Below, one piece after another: positions 21,263-30,117 of a stretch of DNA of 64,000 nucleotides. A program made the position numbers and the translations under genes. The stretch is from a bacterium (GTDB taxonomy: Bacteria > SAR324 > JACQKK01). Location: NCBI GenBank assembly GCA_965240465.1, contig OZ251219.1, positions 832,001 through 896,000 on the forward strand, in the 5' to 3' direction. Below the pieces are notes generated by a model. The model did no database searches. It was not told the DNA's origin and saw only the letters and a program-made list of their open reading frames with translations. Positions within the stretch are counted from its first letter, which is position 1; each line of letters begins with the position of its first letter.

Positions 21263-22219
21263 TTGTTGTCTGAGTTATTGTTATTCAGCCCTGCCAAGGT
21301 GAATTTATGTTGGCAGGTAGGAGGTCGTACTGATGAGGGTTGGCATGAGGTTCGTGGGGTAATAGCGGCGGTTTCTTGGTATGATCGTTTGCGTATTAGG
21401 AGGACTCAGTTAGCAGGGATTCGGTTAAGGGTGAAGAAGGGGAAGTATGCTGAGGGTTTGGGTCCTCTTCGGGACAATTTAGTTTTGCGAGCAGCGCGGT
21501 CATTTGAGAGTGATTGGCTTAGGCGTCCCTTATCGGTAGAGATTGACTTAGAGAAGCGGATTCCCTTACAGGCGGGTTTAGGGGGAGGTAGTAGCAATGC
21601 GGCTTCGGTGTTGGTGGGCTTGCAACGTTTGTATGGAGATTGTGAGCATAAAAGAGGTGGTTATGGCTGTGGTGTTTGTGCGTGTTGTTCCCGCGAGCGA
21701 GATTCATTGACGGGGATTGCAGCTGAATTGGGAGCTGATGTGGTGTTTTTTTTACGTGCTCGTCCTAGTTGGGTAAGCGATCGTGGTCAGATGGTGCGAC
21801 CGTTAACCAATCCACTCCCGTGCTTGTGGTTGTTGATTGTCAAACTTCAGTTGGATATTAGCACTGCTTGGGCTTATCAGCAGTTGGGGCGACCACAAAC
21901 TTCTGCTTGGCGATGGAACAAGTCCCACCCGATGGAAAGTCCTTATCAGGTGGCAGCCCAAATGAAGAATGATTTTACTAGCCTGTTGTTGCAGCACTAC
22001 CCTGCTTTGCAAGAAGGACATACTCAGTTGCTAGCTACGGGAGCTCTGCAAGCCATGATAAGTGGTTCGGGTTCGGCAGTGTTTGGAATCTTTCCCGACT
22101 CCCAAACCTGCCAAATAGCTTGGAATAAGCTGGCTAGAACTCATCCTCAATGGACGGTACATGGATGCCACACATTACCTTTCCATGTGCATGGTTCTAA
22201 GCACCATACCATCGCCTAG
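21263..22219 (+). CDS. ispE: 4-diphosphocytidyl-2-C-methyl-D-erythritol kinase
   Basis: SPAKVNL, KRIPLQAGLGGGSSNAA, LGADV, SGSGSAVFG. Confidence 0.92.
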   Translation: MLSELLLFSPAKVNLCWQVGGRTDEGWHEVRGVIAAVSWYDRLRIRRTQLAGIRLRVKKGKYAEGLGPLRDNLVLRAARSFESDWLRRPLSVEIDLEKRIPLQAGLGGGSSNAASVLVGLQRLYGDCEHKRGGYGCGVCACCSRERDSLTGIAAELGADVVFFLRARPSWVSDRGQMVRPLTNPLPCLWLLIVKLQLDISTAWAYQQLGRPQTSAWRWNKSHPMESPYQVAAQMKNDFTSLLLQHYPALQEGHTQLLATGALQAMISGSGSAVFGIFPDSQTCQIAWNKLARTHPQWTVHGCHTLPFHVHGSKHHTIA

Positions 22220-22254
22220 CACTTATATCCTTTTAGCTCGCCCATAATTTATGG

Positions 22255-23793
22255 CTACAAGGTACCTCGTCTTAAAAACAAAATACACAAGGTTACCACC
22301 TCCAACTTACCTATTAGCATCGCTGTGATTGCAACCGTTATTCCTGTACTAGAAAAACTCTCCCAACCAGCCAATACCGTTAACCCCTTGGCTCCTTCGG
22401 CTGTTGTAAAGGCTGGACCCACATTGTTCAGGACACTCAAAATAGATGCCAAAGCTCCTAAGGCAGAATGACCATCCAGGGTCAGCAACAAGGATAACAC
22501 CAACCAGCAACTTAAATGCAGTAACAAAAAAGCTAACACTCCTCCTAAATCACTCCAACTATCATCGCCTGATAAATCTGTACTATGTCCCCACACCCCC
22601 GCAGGATGAAGTATCTGTAACATCCCTCTTTTAAGGTTATGACCCATCAATATAACCCGCTGCCAACGCACCCCACTACCTCCGCTAGCCGTACAAGCTC
22701 CCACCCACATCAGCAACAACGATAATGCCTGCATAAACGAACTGCCCGGTAAACCCCAACCATGTGAATACCCAGTCGTGCTTAACATGGATGCCGCATG
22801 AAAAAATCCCTCCCGAATGCCCTGCTCCAAGGAAACCCCAAACTTGCTCCATGACCACATCAAAAATACCGCCCCCAACACTACTAATACCACATACCAA
22901 AACCACTCCCGACGCATCCCAATACTAACTGCCCACCATCTCCTCCAACATACCAACCCCAGTAAAATAAAATTCATGCCTCCCAAACACATCCCCAAAC
23001 TTAACAGCCACATCCCCTCGGTACCCAAATCAGCAGGCAGTCTTCCTAATAAACCACCTGTGGACAAGGTACCCATCGCATATACCCCAGCTTCCCAAAC
23101 AGATAATCCCGTCCCCTTTAATAACAATGCCAAACACAGCGTCCCTCCCACATACACAGGAAGAACCCACCGCAATACCTGATTAAACTGCCAACCTAAA
23201 CCAAAATTGCTCCCTCCTTGAACTCCAAAACCCGGCAAAGGTAATAAACCTTGTATCAATAAAATAGTCCCCATCCCTCCCAACCACTGAGAAGAACCCC
23301 GCCACCAAATCAGCATCTCCGATAACTCCTCATCAGCTGAAAATAAACTAGCCGCAGTACCCGTAAAACCAGCTACCGACTCAAATAAAGCCCCACCCAA
23401 CCCCACCCCAGGCAAAACCAACCAATATGGAATACTTCCCAGCACAACCGCTACCCCAAAACAATAACTCGCCATCAAAAAAGGATTGCCCGATAACCAA
23501 CCCATCCCAACAACCGAAAACCAACGACCAGCTACCAAAAACCTTAGACCCAAACCTCCCGCCAACCATAAAAAACCCAATACCAACAACTTGCTCCAAG
23601 CCCGATCGCCTAACACTCGCCCCCAAATCGCGGTGCCGAGCAACATAATACCCAGCAATAACAACAATACCCCTGTTGTTCTAGCGGCTTCACTGCCAGA
23701 TATAACCCTGCTCCATCTATATTGTGTGAGGTTATATCTTAGAGAACCTATTTTTTTACTTATTATAGTAAGAATAAGCATTATTACATCCAT
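22255..23793 (-). CDS. trkH: Second, divergent TrkH family transporter (true start uncertain)
   Basis: FESVAGFTGT, QWLGGMG, STGG, STTGYS, LNNVGP, GKLE; the N-terminus runs into AT-rich DNA and may be over-extended. Confidence 0.8.
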   Translation of the reverse strand: MDVIMLILTIISKKIGSLRYNLTQYRWSRVISGSEAARTTGVLLLLLGIMLLGTAIWGRVLGDRAWSKLLVLGFLWLAGGLGLRFLVAGRWFSVVGMGWLSGNPFLMASYCFGVAVVLGSIPYWLVLPGVGLGGALFESVAGFTGTAASLFSADEELSEMLIWWRGSSQWLGGMGTILLIQGLLPLPGFGVQGGSNFGLGWQFNQVLRWVLPVYVGGTLCLALLLKGTGLSVWEAGVYAMGTLSTGGLLGRLPADLGTEGMWLLSLGMCLGGMNFILLGLVCWRRWWAVSIGMRREWFWYVVLVVLGAVFLMWSWSKFGVSLEQGIREGFFHAASMLSTTGYSHGWGLPGSSFMQALSLLLMWVGACTASGGSGVRWQRVILMGHNLKRGMLQILHPAGVWGHSTDLSGDDSWSDLGGVLAFLLLHLSCWLVLSLLLTLDGHSALGALASILSVLNNVGPAFTTAEGAKGLTVLAGWESFSSTGITVAITAMLIGKLEVVTLCILFLRRGTL

Positions 23794-24273
23794 ATTTTAC
23801 TTAAAAAAATACCATATTACTATCAATATTATTTACAATTTCCTTACAATCCTTTTATCAATAAACTTTACAATAAAGACATCAACGTGTAGAACAGAAC
23901 TAATAGCAGTTAAACACTCGTTGTAGAAGTAAATGTCTTTAATAAATGTGCTACACCTGAAGAGTCGCATAAAATAAGGTGCTTAAAAAAAAACAGGTGT
24001 TTAATCAAAGGAAAACAAGACATGTAATTCATGGTTCTGCCGTTATTTTGAGAAAATACGTTGATATTAACGGAGATGATTTTACTGAAAACTGATCATT
24101 TCAAATATTTTTTATTTTCAATAGCACGCAGTTTAGTCAATACATAATAAATAAAGTTGTGAGAAATAAATTAAAAAATGAGTCATATGTTTCTATTATG
24201 CTTTAATGCATAAAAACAATTCATACAAGTGACTATAACTGGCAAGTGCCATTTATTAGCATAGGAGAAAGTC

Positions 24274-24831
24274 ATGCAAAAGTTCCAAGATATTATTGAA
24301 AGAGTCGAACATGTTCGCATTCAATTGGGAAAGAACAAAAGTAAGTTTGCGGCTGAAATTGACATGAAGCCACAGACCTACAATAACTTTATTGGATCAC
24401 AGGCTAGCAAGCCCAATGTGGAGCTAATCTACGGAGTGGTCAATTCTTACGATGTGCATCCTCTCTGGATGCTCACCGGCAAGGGCCCCATATTTCAATC
24501 GTCCAAGCACGCTTCCAGCTTAGAAAACAAGAAACGTTTTGAGCTTCGCAGTGCTTTTCAATGGGATAATGGAGTCCAAGAAGACGACGTTTCTTCTCCC
24601 ATCAGCGAAGAAGAAATTCTAAAAGAAAGTCTGGATGATATAAACCCGCTTATGGAAGATCTAGATGCCCAAATACAGCAGCTAGAACGCTCTCAAATGC
24701 CAACCATGGAACGCATGGTCTATCTGTTGCAACGATACTTCAGAGTGCAGCCCCTGTTGGTATGCGAAGAAATGAAAAAAATGCTGGTGAACCTGCAAAA
24801 GCAACTCACTAAGCAAGAAAACTCTTCCTAG
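24274..24831 (+). CDS. XRE/CI-like helix-turn-helix transcriptional regulator
   Basis: FAAEIDMKPQTYNNF HTH and WMLTGKGPIF; AGGAG RBS; AT-rich upstream region. Confidence 0.75.
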   Translation: MQKFQDIIERVEHVRIQLGKNKSKFAAEIDMKPQTYNNFIGSQASKPNVELIYGVVNSYDVHPLWMLTGKGPIFQSSKHASSLENKKRFELRSAFQWDNGVQEDDVSSPISEEEILKESLDDINPLMEDLDAQIQQLERSQMPTMERMVYLLQRYFRVQPLLVCEEMKKMLVNLQKQLTKQENSS

Positions 24832-24846
24832 TAATCCACCCACAAC

Positions 24847-24955
24847 CCAGGAGGGAAAAAACCAGGAGGGAAAACCAGGAGGGAAACCCAGGAGGGGAAA
24901 AACCAGGAGGGGAAACCAGGAGGGGAAAAACCAGGAGAGGAAAAACCAGGAGGGA
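24847..24955. repeat. Degenerate 14-16-bp tandem repeat (ccaggagggaaaa)
   Basis: Directly visible after the regulator stop codon. Confidence 0.85.
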
Positions 24956-25113
24956 GCTTAGCTCCCTCCGACCCTCTATCCCATCTCATATCCCTACGGG
25001 GACAACACAAGCGACCTGTACCCTCCCCGAGACATAATAACTACCCGAAAATCTCCCCCCCCTCCCCCCGTAAAAAAACCCTAGCACTCCAAAGCTCCGC
25101 CCCCTCTGTCATC

Positions 25114-25390
25114 CCTAGCCCGCCCTTATCTCTCGCCCCCGCCCTGTATCTCTGCCCTGTATCTCTTAGCCCGCCCTTATCTCTCTCGCCCCCGCCCTGT
25201 ATCTCTGCCCTGTATCTCTTAGCCCGCCCTTATCTCTCTCGCCCCCGCCCTGTATCTCTGCCCTGTATCTCTTAGCCCGCCCTTATCTCTCTCGCCCCCG
25301 CCCTGTATCTCTTAGCCCGCCCCCTTATCTCTCTCCCTCCTGCCTGTATCTCTGCCCCGCCCTATCTACCCGCCCCTGCCCTATCTCTTG
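25114..25390. repeat. C-rich ~50-bp compound tandem repeat (tagcccgcccttatctctctcgcccccgccctgtatctct...)
   Basis: Directly visible, ~4-5 degenerate units. Confidence 0.85.
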
Positions 25391-25391
25391 C

Positions 25392-26540
25392 TTAGCTGAA
25401 AAAGCGATTGATTTCAATCACCCCAAGGGTGTCAAGCACTTGGCTAACGAAGTACAAGCCGTAAAGACCCAACAACAACAAACCGCCAACTCGTCCCATA
25501 CGCCAACGGCTGATAATCAGGGAGAAGAGCAAGGCTACCACCGTAAGGAGCAATAAAACAGTAGAGGCAGTAAGGCTCTCATTGCTGATCGGGATGTTCT
25601 CACCACGAACCGCAATGATAAACAACCACACCACTCCCAATCCTACCAAAATGTCAAAGATATTACTGCCTACCGCGTTGCTAATCGCCATATCGGCTCT
25701 GCCCCGACGGGCTACAAATAGCGAGCTCAACAGATCTGGCACAGAAGTACCCACCGCTAAAACAATCAAGGCGATAACCGCTTTGGGGATTCCCAGCGTA
25801 CTAGCCAAAATAACACCGCATTCTACCAATATCCAGCTCAATACGCTGATGCTGACAACCGACATCACGAATAGCCACACCTGATTGCTGTTTTTCTTGC
25901 CGGGCATTATAACCCGAAATATGCCGTCAATTACCCTAGTGACTCCTCTCCAAACTTGTGCGAACAGCGAGCCTCCCTTGGATTCATCCTTTTGTTTATC
26001 TTCTATTATGTCATCCAGTCCTTCTGCTTGATCCTTATAGGGAAATAGCTTACGCCATAGTGGTAGGGCAGCCAGATATACAAAATAAAATACCACGAAT
26101 ATCGCGGCTTCAGAAATTACTATTACACCATCGGCAAAAGCCCACAGTAGCAAACCAATGGAGATCAGATAAAAAGTCAAATCTCGCACCACCGGTTGCC
26201 AACTGACCATGGCACCAGTTACTAATGCAGAAGCCCCAACAATTACCAAAATATTGAATATCGCAGAACCCACAATGGTACCCGCACCTAATTCACCTAA
26301 CTCCACCGCTTTAGAAAGAGCAATCAAGGAAGTAAAAAACTCGGGCGCACTGGAACCCATAGCCATCAGAGTCGCCCCCGCCATATCCGAGGTAAGCTTA
26401 AGACGCCCAGAAAGATATTCCAGACTGTGAATGAAGTACTCATCGGTTACATGTGCCAAAGCATAAAACACCAAAACCAGCCCCACAGAAGCACCTAGAA
26501 CAATTAAAATATCCACAAAACTTTCTCCATTGAGAACCAT
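25392..26540 (-). CDS. Calcium/sodium antiporter (CaCA, YrbG/NCKX-like)
   Basis: Alpha-1 repeat GATLMAMGSSAPE...GTIVGSAIFN and alpha-2 repeat GTSVPD...GSNIFDI. Confidence 0.9.
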   Translation of the reverse strand: MVLNGESFVDILIVLGASVGLVLVFYALAHVTDEYFIHSLEYLSGRLKLTSDMAGATLMAMGSSAPEFFTSLIALSKAVELGELGAGTIVGSAIFNILVIVGASALVTGAMVSWQPVVRDLTFYLISIGLLLWAFADGVIVISEAAIFVVFYFVYLAALPLWRKLFPYKDQAEGLDDIIEDKQKDESKGGSLFAQVWRGVTRVIDGIFRVIMPGKKNSNQVWLFVMSVVSISVLSWILVECGVILASTLGIPKAVIALIVLAVGTSVPDLLSSLFVARRGRADMAISNAVGSNIFDILVGLGVVWLFIIAVRGENIPISNESLTASTVLLLLTVVALLFSLIISRWRMGRVGGLLLLGLYGLYFVSQVLDTLGVIEINRFFS

Positions 26541-26735
26541 TCAGTAACGGCCAAAAATAAATACCAAGTATCAAAAGCCTGCCAAATCCTGCCAAATCCT
26601 GCTATCAATGATGATAGTACTGATGCCGATAAGCAATACCAAAAAAGCACTGATAATGTCTAGACCAGATTGATAAAAATATAACCAAAACAGTTGCTAA
26701 ACCCTCACAAATGCGACACATAACCTATAAGCCAA

Positions 26736-27596
26736 ATGTATATGAACCAAGCCAACCCTAAGGCACAAAGTCATGCAGAAAGTCATGCAGAAAGCCATAC
26801 AGAAAGTCATGCAGAAAGTCCCCTTAGCCATAAGCATTTATCTGATGAGAGCATAAGCTACTTGTCTCTGAATCAGGTGCAACCCTGGCTGAATAAAGAA
26901 ATACCCTGTCTGAACTGTGGATTTGGAATCGCAGAACCTTGGCAAACAGATAGGCAACTAGCCATTAAATTATCCCAGAATTTGAAATTAGATAATCCAA
27001 GGGCATCGGTACAGCTTTTTAATCAGGTGCATGGAAATCGCTACTGGAAGGCAATCTCTACCAAAGAACAGCTCTATGATGCCCGAGGGAATTCTTGCCT
27101 TCAATATGATGGTGCCGAGGGTAAGCTAGATGTACTTCTGGTAATAAAAACTGCCGATTGTGTACCTATCCTGCTGGTAGATGGTCAAACAGGTCGCTAT
27201 GCGGTCTTGCATGCGGGCTGGCGAGGGATAGCTAGTGGAATTCTTATTCGCATCCTCCAAAACTGGCAGGTCTCAGGAGGATTAAAACAGGTACGACTAG
27301 TACTAGGGCCACATATCTGTACCAGCTGCTTTCAAGTAAAAACCGATTGTCTTCAGCAATTTTCGTCTCAATGGTTGTCGGGAGCGGTTCTAGAAAAGGC
27401 AAATCATTACTGGCTGAACTTGACTGCGGTCTTGATAACACAGGCTCTTTGGTGCGGATTGCAGACTCATCAACTAGGACTGGTTCCCCACTGCACCACT
27501 TGTGAAACCGATGAACAAGGGAAATATCAGTACGCTAGCTATCGGCGTATCGCCCCGCAACCGCGCCAAGTTAATCTATCTTATATTGGTGTTTAG
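26736..27596 (+). CDS. yfiH: YfiH/PgeF family purine nucleoside phosphorylase (laccase-domain)
   Basis: QVHG, TADCVPILL, HAGWRG, GPHIC, CT and SYRR motifs; SHAE repeat at the N-terminus. Confidence 0.85.
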   Translation: MYMNQANPKAQSHAESHAESHTESHAESPLSHKHLSDESISYLSLNQVQPWLNKEIPCLNCGFGIAEPWQTDRQLAIKLSQNLKLDNPRASVQLFNQVHGNRYWKAISTKEQLYDARGNSCLQYDGAEGKLDVLLVIKTADCVPILLVDGQTGRYAVLHAGWRGIASGILIRILQNWQVSGGLKQVRLVLGPHICTSCFQVKTDCLQQFSSQWLSGAVLEKANHYWLNLTAVLITQALWCGLQTHQLGLVPHCTTCETDEQGKYQYASYRRIAPQPRQVNLSYIGV

Positions 27597-27621
27597 CCAG
27601 CCAGAACAGGCATAGTATTCA

Positions 27622-28686
27622 CTATCTAATGGTGCTCATTTTAATGGTCAATAATATAATCGGTAGGAGCATTATCGGTAGCAAAAGCAACCAGATTTGT
27701 GGAGGTTGGGGGATCTGATTAATGTTCATGGTTATCGTTGTCTGGGGAGGAATGTTGGAACGCTGCCATGTTTGCCAAGTTACGCCATCAATGTTGCGAG
27801 GCAATGCTGGTTGAAGGGAGGCACCCTCGGCTTGGAGTAGTTTATCTGGGGTGATCAGGGACAGCTGCCTAAGGGCAACGGGAAATTTTCTTCGGATGGT
27901 CTTACTCCCCCACCAAGCAGGAAGAAAGTAACGATAAGCAGTCACTATTTCTCCGCTGGGTAACTCGCCCGAAAGCAACAGGATACTACCTTCAAAACGG
28001 TGCTTGATTCCCTCTGCTAGATAAATAATCTCCGCATACCGAGCTTCCTTAGGTAAATGGATAGGCTGAGCCTCCCAACTGAGGGGAGTTTTATTACTCC
28101 AGTGTAGTACCTCGGTGATCCAAATGCCTCCCACTTGAGCTTCGGTAGCCAGCACCGCTTCTTGGATAAATAACGCCGACTCAGCTGGACTTAAAAAACT
28201 AGGAACCGTGGCTACTGGAAGCGATATTTTGGCGTTCAGTTGGGCGTCCGATTTGGCAGTTTTGTCAAAGGCTAGGAGCTTGCTCTTCCAGACCTTTTCA
28301 TCCAGCTGAGCAAATACTTGGAACACCGCTCGGGGATTGGTACTTAATCCCTCAAAGAGATGTTTTCCCTGCTCATCAGCTTCAGCGACAGCCTGAACCT
28401 CGCCTTGCGGAAGATTTTGCTCGTCCAGTATAAATCGCACTAGCAACATCCTAGCTCCAGCTACTTTGGGAAGCTGAATGTCTAGCTGAGCATGTATCCT
28501 CCCTTTGCCGATACGCAAATCAACCTCAGCACTGCCAGCCTCAGCACTGCCGTTCTCAGCAGAAACGCTAAATCCAAGGCTCAACGCCCACAGAAAAAAT
28601 GGCACTGCCAGTAATCTAGCCCGCCATGACGAGAACAATGACGAGAACAATAACGCGATAAACAAGTAAATAAAATGTACCAACAA
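27622..28686 (-). CDS. Hypothetical membrane-anchored protein
   Basis: 354-aa ORF with an N-terminal hydrophobic/signal region and a C-terminal TM helix; no family recognised. Confidence 0.6.
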   Translation of the reverse strand: MLVHFIYLFIALLFSSLFSSWRARLLAVPFFLWALSLGFSVSAENGSAEAGSAEVDLRIGKGRIHAQLDIQLPKVAGARMLLVRFILDEQNLPQGEVQAVAEADEQGKHLFEGLSTNPRAVFQVFAQLDEKVWKSKLLAFDKTAKSDAQLNAKISLPVATVPSFLSPAESALFIQEAVLATEAQVGGIWITEVLHWSNKTPLSWEAQPIHLPKEARYAEIIYLAEGIKHRFEGSILLLSGELPSGEIVTAYRYFLPAWWGSKTIRRKFPVALRQLSLITPDKLLQAEGASLQPALPRNIDGVTWQTWQRSNIPPQTTITMNINQIPQPPQIWLLLLPIMLLPIILLTIKMSTIR

Positions 28687-28852
28687 GTGTTAATAAAACC
28701 GCCTGACAAGCTCCATCCTATTATGATCACAAATGCCTGCCTAATAAAAAACATCTTCTTCGCACAATTTTATTTGCACGATACCATTCGCCCGATCCCA
28801 TTCGCGTTCTGTAGGGACAGAACTCAAATAATCTCAGCTTTCCCCGAAGTGA

Positions 28853-30058
28853 CTAACAAGGAAAGCTGATCTTCCCTAGCCCAGGGATAAGACTTTCTCC
28901 TCGGAGGGTTTCATTGGCAAGGGCTGCAAATAGTAGGGCTTCTTTGGCTCGGGAAGGAACTCCCAGCTGTTGTGGATCCTGCCATTGCAGCTGAGGAAGG
29001 TGCTGCTGAAATTGGCGGCGAATATTATTCATAAGGGCTTGGTTGTGAATGCCACCCCCGCTGACAAAAAGAGGCAGGGGCTGGTCAGGCAGATTTTCCG
29101 CCCTTAGTGCCTGAGTTAGAGAATGAGCGGTAAATAAGCAGAGGGTAGCTAGAACATCTGCGGGGGATAGCTTTAGCTTTTGAGATTGGGAGAGATGCTG
29201 TTGCAGAAAGGCTTCCCCAAAGGCTTCAGGCCCGCTACTTTTTTGCTGAGATTGAGCAAAATAAGGATGCTGGCACAGCATCTTTAACCAGCCCTGATGA
29301 GGAGTTCCTTGTAGGGCTAGCTTTCCATCGTGATCCCAAGCTAGGTCGTTCCGAGGCCAGTAATGGCGGAAAGCCGCGTCCAGCAAGGAGTTAGCTGGTC
29401 CGCTGTCTTGGTATCGGGGTGGTTGGGCTGAATTTTTTTCTGGCAGCCAAGTATAGTTGGCAATCCCACCGAGATTGATGAAGAGACGGGGTTCAGAGGC
29501 AGAAAAGAGTAAGGCTTCGGCATAGGGTGCTAGCGGGGCTCCTTCTGAGCCCTGGGCGATTGCCTTTTGTCTAAAATCAGATATGGTAATGATGCCAGTT
29601 TTAAGGGCGATGTGATCGCCATCTACTATTTGGAGGCTTGCATGGCGGATTTTTTGATTATCTTTCCAGCTTTGGGGAGCATGATAAATGGTTTGCCCGT
29701 GGGAAGCGATGCAATCCACTTGCTGGGGGGCGATTTGCCAATCTTGAAGAGTTTTTAGGATCATGCGGGCGTGCTGGATTCCCAGCTGAGCGTTCAAGGT
29801 GGTAATTTTAGCCAATGGTGCTTGAGGCTTAAAAGCTACTTCTCTAATCAAGTTCCTTTGTGCCTTGGAATAAGGTACTCCCAGCTGCTTAAGCAGCTTC
29901 CAACAAGTGTTGCTACCATGTCCGCTGAATTGGGCTAGGGCTAGTTCTAAGCCATCCAGAGAAGTACCCGACATCAACCCTAGGATGCAAAAGCTGGGTT
30001 GAGAGACCCGTTTGATCAACTCTCCCAGACGATTATTCAGCGGGTGTTTGGGTGTCAT
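28853..30058 (-). CDS. anmK: Anhydro-N-acetylmuramic acid kinase
   Basis: GLMSGTSLDG, SHGQT, DFR, GAPL, NLGGIAN, DSGP.N, GGG..N, KEA..FA. Confidence 0.93.
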   Translation of the reverse strand: MTPKHPLNNRLGELIKRVSQPSFCILGLMSGTSLDGLELALAQFSGHGSNTCWKLLKQLGVPYSKAQRNLIREVAFKPQAPLAKITTLNAQLGIQHARMILKTLQDWQIAPQQVDCIASHGQTIYHAPQSWKDNQKIRHASLQIVDGDHIALKTGIITISDFRQKAIAQGSEGAPLAPYAEALLFSASEPRLFINLGGIANYTWLPEKNSAQPPRYQDSGPANSLLDAAFRHYWPRNDLAWDHDGKLALQGTPHQGWLKMLCQHPYFAQSQQKSSGPEAFGEAFLQQHLSQSQKLKLSPADVLATLCLFTAHSLTQALRAENLPDQPLPLFVSGGGIHNQALMNNIRRQFQQHLPQLQWQDPQQLGVPSRAKEALLFAALANETLRGESLIPGLGKISFPC

Positions 30059-30117
30059 TTTATCTTTTCTGGTTGGCGGGAGGAAGAATAAGAGTCAATA
30101 GCTGATAGCGAGTTTTC

